Shown: one piece after another, positions 56,137 through 64,000 of the stretch | Numbering within the stretch: position 1 is the first letter of the stretch | How the letters are laid out: the number at the start of each line of letters is the position of its first letter | NCBI RefSeq assembly: GCF_964204645.1 | Contig: NC_134029.1 | Span: 22,624,950-22,688,949, forward strand | Source: Tubulanus polymorphus | Lineage: Eukaryota > Animalia > Nemertea | Length of the DNA stretch: 64,000 nucleotides | Direction of reading: 5' to 3' | Position numbers and translations under genes: made by a program | Notes under the pieces: model-generated | Database searches by the model: none | What the model was told of the DNA's origin: nothing | Seen by the model: only the letters and a program-made list of their open reading frames with translations

Positions 56137-57286
56137 TCACAGGGTTGTGTTAAGTCTGCGATGTTCTACTCTTAATAATTTAAGTGTTTCTGTTTGTGAA
56201 AGATTATTTATCCAAAACGCTTTATTATTTAATAATTAGATTTTACCTACTTGGTATTATATTATAGGGCTTGCACATTGATATGTTTGTACTAAATAAT
56301 ACGGTGAAATTGACGTTCAATATTGAAATTGAGTGAACGATTTAATCAATGATTTGATTCATTCAGTGGCATCATCATCGTTATTTATGGGGTTTTATTT
56401 CGTATTTTATTATTATTGTATGACGATTAATTTTGACTAAAGAATTTCTGAAGGTGCCAGCGTTTATGTTGTCATTATGGAGTTATCAACGTTTTGCTTT
56501 TATATCATTATTCACTTTACGCAAGCATATTAAAGTTAAGTCTAACTATGTGTGATATGATATCTAGTTTAAGACCATTTGACTTCATGTAGATAGTTGT
56601 TGGGTAATCAATTGATTGAACGTTGATAGAAATCAAGATTTAAACACCAATAAAAAGAATCGCAATGTATATTCTGTTGAACCAACCGTTCTATGTAGTT
56701 AATGAATGTTATTCACTGAAGGGAAAAATCGCGCCCAGAATTTGGTAATTTATACACTGAGAACTAGATTTATGCATATATATGTTCATACTCTAGTGAA
56801 TCCTACTAAAAGGCCGCTATTCCATCTTTGTCGATCTTATAATACAAAGCTGTTTTGCGAAGTAACGTAGATATAGAACAATTGCTGATAATCGTTTTAT
56901 ACATAGTTGTGTAAGAAGAGAGTGAGCCGGGTGCTGGGTATCATCAGGATTGGCTGTCACATCGCCTTATCTGTAGTATGTGTATGCTGTCGAATGCTGC
57001 TACATAATAATAAAAGTTTTGTTGGAAATTTAATTCAAAATATGTTCGTTTATCTATTAGTCTCTTTGAATTAGGTAATCGATCGTTTCTACCTTTAGTG
57101 GATGAAGTAGATATGACTTAGAGACCCTCGCGACTGGTTCAACATACGCAGTGAGAATGACGTTTTATTGGGATTCGAACTCACTTATTTGACAATCCCA
57201 TAGCGACTGTGATTAAATATCGTAAACACAAGTAGTTGCGCAATGTCAGGAAGCGAGTTTTGTGATGGATTTTTGTTGTGTTATTG

Positions 57287-57300
57287 CGCCACTAGATGAC
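57287..57300 (+). promoter_or_regulatory. CTCF-like motif upstream of the last gene
   Basis: CGCCACTAGATGAC, one mismatch from the core consensus. Confidence 0.4.
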
Positions 57301-57512
57301 AATTAGCAGCGACATTTCTCTATATTTAGATTATAAAGGGCCCACTCAAGATTCCTCGCCTCTGCTTTCAGTTGATTTGAGCTTAGTTTAAGAGGAAAGT
57401 GTTTTTACTGTCCCAACTCCAATCACTTCCTTATTTATCGCACTATTTACCGCACTAAAACGTTGGTTTCAATTGATTTCTACATTATTTACTATTGACT
57501 GATTGATCGAAC

Positions 57513-60500
57513 ATGGCTGATGAGGAAGAAGGGATGCAAGATTTGATTAAGCTTCATCGTAATCGCCCGAACTATGCGAGAATGATATCATGGGAGTTGC
57601 TGGCAGAAGAACAGACTGAAGAATGTGAAACTGAAGGGATTGATGAAAAAGATTCAGGGGTGATGACTGGACTGATTTTTTCGGTGAGTGGTGCTTCCAT
57701 CCATGAGGTGGAGGTATGAACTGTCAGACGGTCGATGTAAGAAACAAACATTAGTATTCATTGAATTTTTCAGAAAAGCGACGCTGAATTTACATCTGGT
57801 GATGAGTATTTTTCTGCAACTGAAGGAATATCCGACCCTCGCGGGCGAGGAGGGGCTGCTCGGGATTCCGTTCCTGAACCCGCTCGCAGCGAACGTAAAT
57901 CGCAATCGAAAAAACGTCGCAAACAGAATAAACTTCGTCGCCTTCAAGAACACGAGTTTTCGGCGCCGTTCCAAGATATTCCGTCGGACATTCTGATAAA
58001 AGATGGCGACGATGTTCGGATCTATCGCAACGTGCCGTCGTTGTCAGAGTTATGTTTACACGTGTGTAATTTCGGTCGTATCGAAACAGTGCCGCCCGGA
58101 TTACGACCAGCTGTCCACACTTATAGACAAAAGAAAGCTTTTCAAAGTCGACATCTGAAATGGCTTCACAGTATCCTCGCGCACTTACAGAAAGAACACG
58201 AAGAAGAAAAGAAAAGACAGATGAAGAGTAAAAAAGAAAAGAATTTCGAAATCGGCATATGCGGCAGTATAGATTCTATTTGGAAGCCCTTTGAGGGAGA
58301 TGATGGATATGATTTCCCGATACGGGCAAATGTTTATTTGAGATCAGATACATTCCCGTATGATCCTTATCACTACAATGATTGGGTGCCTGAAAGTAAG
58401 GATATTTCGTGCATGATTATAATAACGATCTTTCTAATTCTCATGAGCTTGACAAATTTTTTTTCTGTGCGTCATTCGATTTGTAGTTTTAGGACAGTGT
58501 ATTGAACTTATGTTACCGAGCACTGTCAGACGCCGACACGCTTCCACCTCTAAAAAGCCGACCAATGATGAAGATATCCTCACTGAAGCGATAACAGCAG
58601 CTATTATCTCTGTGAAAATGGCTCTTATGAAGAGGTGATAATACTGTAGATGTGTCTGTAGCATATAATAATATGGTGGCCACGTCCCTGGAAATTAGGC
58701 CCAACAAGTATATTCAACAAGCCCATCTAATTATAAAAAGCTTACCACCAACGATTTGGTAACTAACTAGAATAATGATTACTTGTCAAATGTATATTTC
58801 TCAATACCACTACAGATATTTGTATATTTGGACTAAGCTTTTTTTTTAATGATAATTTAGGTATCCTGCGCTAATTAAAGATTTCTACCCGGTCGCTTTG
58901 GGATATGCTTTATGGAGTCGAGGTGTTATTTACGGAGCTGCTCAGGCGTTTATACTTGCGATTGAATCGAAGTCACCTGCTTTAAACCAAGGTGATCTAT
59001 CTGTAGCCGGTTTGATTTACGGTATATGATAAGGATGCACTATTTGTTGGTATGTTGCATAACAATGTTACGCATTAAATTTTTCAGAATCGAAAGGTTT
59101 TCTACATTGTGAAATCGGTAGAATGTATGCAATGTTTGGTGATCTGGAAGAAGCTGGTAGAAGCTTCATGGATACGGCATCTGTATCTGTGCTGAAGAAT
59201 GATGCCGAGCAAGCTTATGATGAAAGATACAGACCAGTTGGTTTTCTCTTACAAGCTTTAGTAACTGAATCAGGGTAATTGAATTAATATCTAAATTGTT
59301 TTGGAAAACATTTACAGTTTGGTAGATTTTCAGCTATTCTTAGTGGAAAATGCAATACCGGTATTGCTTTCCAGAACTCTCGATGAACACCGAGCTTTGA
59401 ACGTGAGATTGGCATGGAATAGTATGATTGAGAATGATTTCTATTTGATGTATGAAGATGAGGCTGGTAATTCACAGCACTCCTTTTATTATAACAATGG
59501 ACATAAGAATGTATTGTACGCACATGCTGCCAGTTCTCTGATCAAATATACAACAGGATACGCTGACAGTAAGTTGACTTAATCATCTACATTCTCTCAA
59601 TATATTCTATAAATGGCTCATTATTTTGTAGCCTCTTTTTGCCCTATCTCGTAGATGGTAAATTTGATATGGACGAATGGTTCCATAGCGTTACAAAACT
59701 GCTTCTGAAGTGGGCTGAAAGAAGTGCAGTGTTCAGATTTTATTTGACTTTCATCAACGCATTGAAAGGTCGAATACACGAATGTACACATCAATTTGAA
59801 TACTACAAAATGGAAAACATGTAAGCTTACGATATACTCTTGACTGAAGAGAAGGGAACAAATACGTACTTAATTCTTAATTGGTAAAATTGATTTGAAA
59901 ATCTGAATATAATTCTTTGTTTTAGATATGAAGGCTTCGATGGTAGTGTTTATTCTCCATCAGCTGCTTCTTCTGGAAATAGGATTTCAATAAATCCATG
60001 GCAAGCTGTTCTTGATCAAGCTGTAGAGCAAAAACGCACTATTCGTCCCATCAAGTTATTGTGGCGTAAGATGCTTGTATTACCAGCTCAATTAGATAGC
60101 ATTGAACATCTGTAAGTAACCATTATTTTGGAAGACAGTACCAGTACGATAGTCTGTTAAACTTTTTAAGACATTTTCAATAACACCATCTCTTTATTTA
60201 GCCCATCTGATCTTTGCTTAAACTTAATCGACATGCGACTGACCGAAGAAGGGCTTTTGACTGGTAATATCAGTTTGCATCGACCAGCATTACTGTCCAT
60301 ACATTTTGATCCATATACTGGGTACGTTTTTGGTCTGAATTTAGTTATTTAGTGCTTATTGGAATCGTCTGTTAGTTCCACTGATATGAATGCTGTTATA
60401 ATGAACTTACTTTCTTCATTATTACAGAAGACTCATTTTTCCCAGTATACCAGCACATAGTCAACCACTGCATGATTTGCCATATTTGTCATACTTTCAT

Positions 60501-63183
60501 GGCATGTCATATAGCGGTAAGCCATCATTCATATGTCCATTCGAAAAAACACCAGTGTTTGCAGTACAGATGACTAATTTTCGAAAAGAATTTGACGGTT
60601 TAAGCGTTGGGATGATTTTTTTCTTCAGAATATACGGGTCCTCTTTGGATAAGGTTGATTGAAAGTAGTAATTTCTCTTTTGATTTCTACTGCGTTGTAT
60701 CACTTGACTTTGGCCATCGAATTTCTAAGTGCATCGAACTGATTTGGTCGACTCCAGACGGACACAAAACGACGATTGATCTTCGAAAACTTTTGCGTCT
60801 CAAACAGAAAGAGGTATTCTATCGATATACAGAAAACCAAATCAATTGGAAATCGTTTTCAAGCACCAAATGTTCATGTATCAACCAAATTAATGGCTTT
60901 TTGTATACCTTTGTTTAGTGGAGTTTGGAAAAATTACAGAAAGCATGCTCAAAAGCGCTAAAACATTCGCCTTTCCGTCCTGACAATGAAAAATACCTTT
61001 TATCCCTCATTGAGGATAATTTTGAAAATGGTTGGTCATGTGCATTGAATGATATAAAAGTAGGTATTCTTAACCAATTTGCTCCTACATGGCACCTGTT
61101 TTCAAATGTAATCATTACTATTTTTTTTTTTCAGAACGTGGCAATGTTCCTGCCTAGCTTCGAGAAGGAGATATCTAATCCTAAGCTGTGCACGAAAGAG
61201 AAATTAAAACTAAAAAAGCAGTATCTTTCACGACACAGAAAACCGTTTAGCGCTTATTTACAAAGATGTGTAACCTACAGAACGAATCATATAGTTTTAA
61301 CCTTTAATATAGCCACTGTGGTTAGTTGATATCATGATTCTGCGATCGATTTACAGCCAAAACTTGTTCGGTGAATTTTGTATATCACGATCATCGCTTT
61401 TTCCAGATAATTGACTGTTCCTCGCCCGAAACTATGCAACAAATAATTGTGAAAGAAGATTTTGGAAGTGATTTTACGGGGCCTCCTACCACCCGAGTTC
61501 TAAACGATTTCGATACAAGTTGTCCATGGTCCGATATCTACTGCGTTCTAAGTGGTAATAAAAAAAGTGATACTGTGTAAGTATTGTTAAGGTACATGTA
61601 TACGAGAGATATTTACTAGGCTCTTGCACATGGCAGTTCATCTTAGTCTTTGAAATTTCAATCAAATGTTTTACAGATGTGAGATGTTTGACATTAGAGG
61701 TGACAGTTGGTCGGTGATGAAAGAGGTTGATCCTATCATATGTCATGGTTATGGTTGTATAAATTGGAAGGCTTGCATCAATAGTACAATCTATGGATGT
61801 TGCTCGAAGAATGAAAGTAACATGTACGTATCATGCATATCGAAAGTCGATTCGTTCTATTCTGCATTTGAACCTCGGATGTGTTACCAGTAAATGTTAG
61901 AACACTCGTGCTGAATTTGATAAGTTCCTGGTAATGATTGATAGTTTTACTTGTAGGGTGTTTGCCGCTAATAGAGATGGCTTACACACAAAAGCGTTTG
62001 TCGGTGATATCTGTGATCTTCGGCAAGTTGAAGATTTTTTCATCCTGGTGACGCAGAATGGATTTCATGTCATTGATCCGACATGGATCCAGGCAGCTCC
62101 AGTACACTGCACTGACTTCAGGTATGTATATTGACGAGGAATACTAGGGTTTAACTGTATCTTCACTGTCAAAGTCCATTTTTGCCCCAAATCTATTGGG
62201 TAGCATTCAAATCTTTTAATTCTCGTATTATTTTTATGATTTTCAGCAAACTGAGCATGAAGGTCGATACTGATGATATGTTGATTCAGAAACCTCAGCA
62301 TCATGAGATAACGGTAATAAATTCTAGATTGAAAAATCAATCGAGCAATCGAGTAATCAGTATGGGAATTGCCTGGTTTGGTCATGTTCTGTTGCTGGAA
62401 GCACCGTACGGAACCTCTTTGACATCAACGTAAGTAAATTACTTGATACTGATAGATTGATCATTGTGTGCCAGGTGAACAGTACATTTCAATTGTTTGA
62501 TTACTGAATTGAATATCGTTTCTAGTGATAAGAAATTGGAGGTAGATATTGTATTAGAAGTAAAGGTTGTCGGATATCCACGAGAATTATGCTTGATGCC
62601 TAATGAAGGTAAGACACTGATGTTGATGGTAATTCGGAGTTAGGTGCTACATCCAACATTTCTGTTATTTTCAGAAATATTGGAAAATTCAAGAAAAGTA
62701 TTTCAATTTGAATAATTTTTAAAGGCTGGGGTTAATTGGCACCTAGCAATTTTCGGTAAAATATTTCAGTATACCATAATTACGGAAATTTTCAGTCTCT
62801 GGAAAATATAACAGTTGATGGGGGCCAGGGTGACTTCGTAATTCCTGGGTTAGGGGTTTAGAGTGGGGTGATTACCTTGCACTAATTTATTAATTCTACA
62901 TTTGTTACATATCATTCCAGCTGGATTTCTAGTAACTACTACTCTAGTAGAAGACATGTTTGCAGAATTCTGGCAAGATCTTTATCAGTTTAACTACGAT
63001 GGTCAACTTTGTCGTGTTTTAACCGGTCTTGGAGGAGAAAGCTGTATGTTCAAAACTGTTTACTTGGAAGAAAATTGTCAACTGAAAAAAGACAACGATC
63101 AGTTTGGAAATGCTGGTTGGCATGTATATTTCTGTGATCACGCAGGTGCAATTGCTTGTTTTAATGCAAGCGACCGATTCTAA
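57513..63183 (+). CDS. Uncharacterised large multi-exon protein: acidic N-terminus, BC-box-like motif, TPR-like helices, beta-rich C-terminus
   Basis: Exons checked join in frame over GT-AG introns (57513-57683, 57774-58395, 58486-58634, 58861-58991, 59088-59260, ...); last exon ends 63183. Motifs VPSLSELCLHVC and LHCEIGRMYAMFGDLEEAGRSF. Not all downstream junctions were verified. Confidence 0.8.
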
Positions 63184-64000
63184 ATTTAACTGAATTCGTG
63201 GAAGAAATAAAACCGTTATAGTTAATTGACAAAATTAAGGTCTACATCCTGAAAATGAAATTTTCATGGAATGAATGCATTAAATAGAAGTTTGTACTGA
63301 TAAATCAATATTATTGAGTTGGTACTGAAACAAATGTATGTTCAAACCTTATATCAAGGAATGTACATGATTTTTGATGGATCAGAAATAGTATCTGTGA
63401 TATTTCAAATTATCATTTTATACACTTTGTTGATTTATAAAGCTTAAAGATTTTAACAAAGTTGAAGTTTCTAAGAATAAATTACATTTTCTTGATAATC
63501 GATGTGTGTTTTTCGATTATTTCTTTGCAAAATATTCTGCAACAGATTTATCATTCGTCGCTATTGAAAGGGGATGAGAAAAATTCCCACAGGATGAGAA
63601 AGATCTCAAATCAGTTAATCAACAGATTGCTTACCACGGAGTGTCACATTGATTCGTTCGCCATCTATCGTTAATGGACGGCATTACTAGATATCGGGTC
63701 CTGAAATACATGGTAATAGGAAAAACCCGTTTAGGCTAAACGCTATCATCAGAGAGCGAAAGATGTTGGTGTTTTTAATGTTGATGGCTATTCTAAGCAA
63801 ATTTGGCTGTTGTTATTATCCAAAATTCCCAATTCTCGCAAAGACTGCTGTCACTCCGTATAAAACATGGAAAACTTACTACATCCCGATGAAGGTATGA
63901 AATATTTGTGAGTCAGAAATTTCCGTTTCTATTGACACCCATCAGAATAAGGACTTCTATTCATTTTTTTAAATTAATATTTTAAAAACGGATTTTATGA

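Noticed and set aside
59261-59343. Apparent phase conflict or frameshift between exons of the last gene
   Set aside because: Resolved by donor TTA|gtaact (59261) and acceptor tttcag|CTA (59333), which keep the frame.

Overview
Compact, AT-rich metazoan genomic DNA with many short (~70-200 bp) spliceosomal introns; it looks like a marine invertebrate, but the taxon cannot be fixed from sequence alone. Twelve protein-coding loci in order: Gemin5 (5'-truncated by the window edge, +), two convergent SLCO/OATP transporters (+/-), a GRXCR-family glutaredoxin/Cys-rich gene (+), two tandem Amt ammonium transporters (+; the second has a 14-bp transposon-footprint-like frameshift in exon 1), a 9-exon uncharacterised four-repeat CaaX protein gene with four ORF-breaking lesions (-), a rhodopsin-type GPCR (+), an intronless 606-aa coiled-coil gene (-), G-protein beta-5 (-) head-to-head with a basigin/neuroplastin-like Ig gene (+), and an uncharacterised multi-exon gene with a BC-box-like motif (+). 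The most striking non-coding signal is a pair of short (~200-320 bp) insertions with no obvious sequence similarity but one shared architecture: an inverted terminal arm, a minimal type-I hammerhead ribozyme, the matching arm, and a tail. They resemble non-autonomous Penelope-like/retrozyme elements; one lies in sense orientation in the probable GNB5 3' UTR and the other, with a 14-bp target-site duplication, lies in a GNB5 intron. Also present: several MITEs, a decayed LINE fragment, a 902-bp purine-only tract, long (TA)n tracts and CTCF-like motifs. All calls come from manual reading and translation; no database search was run.
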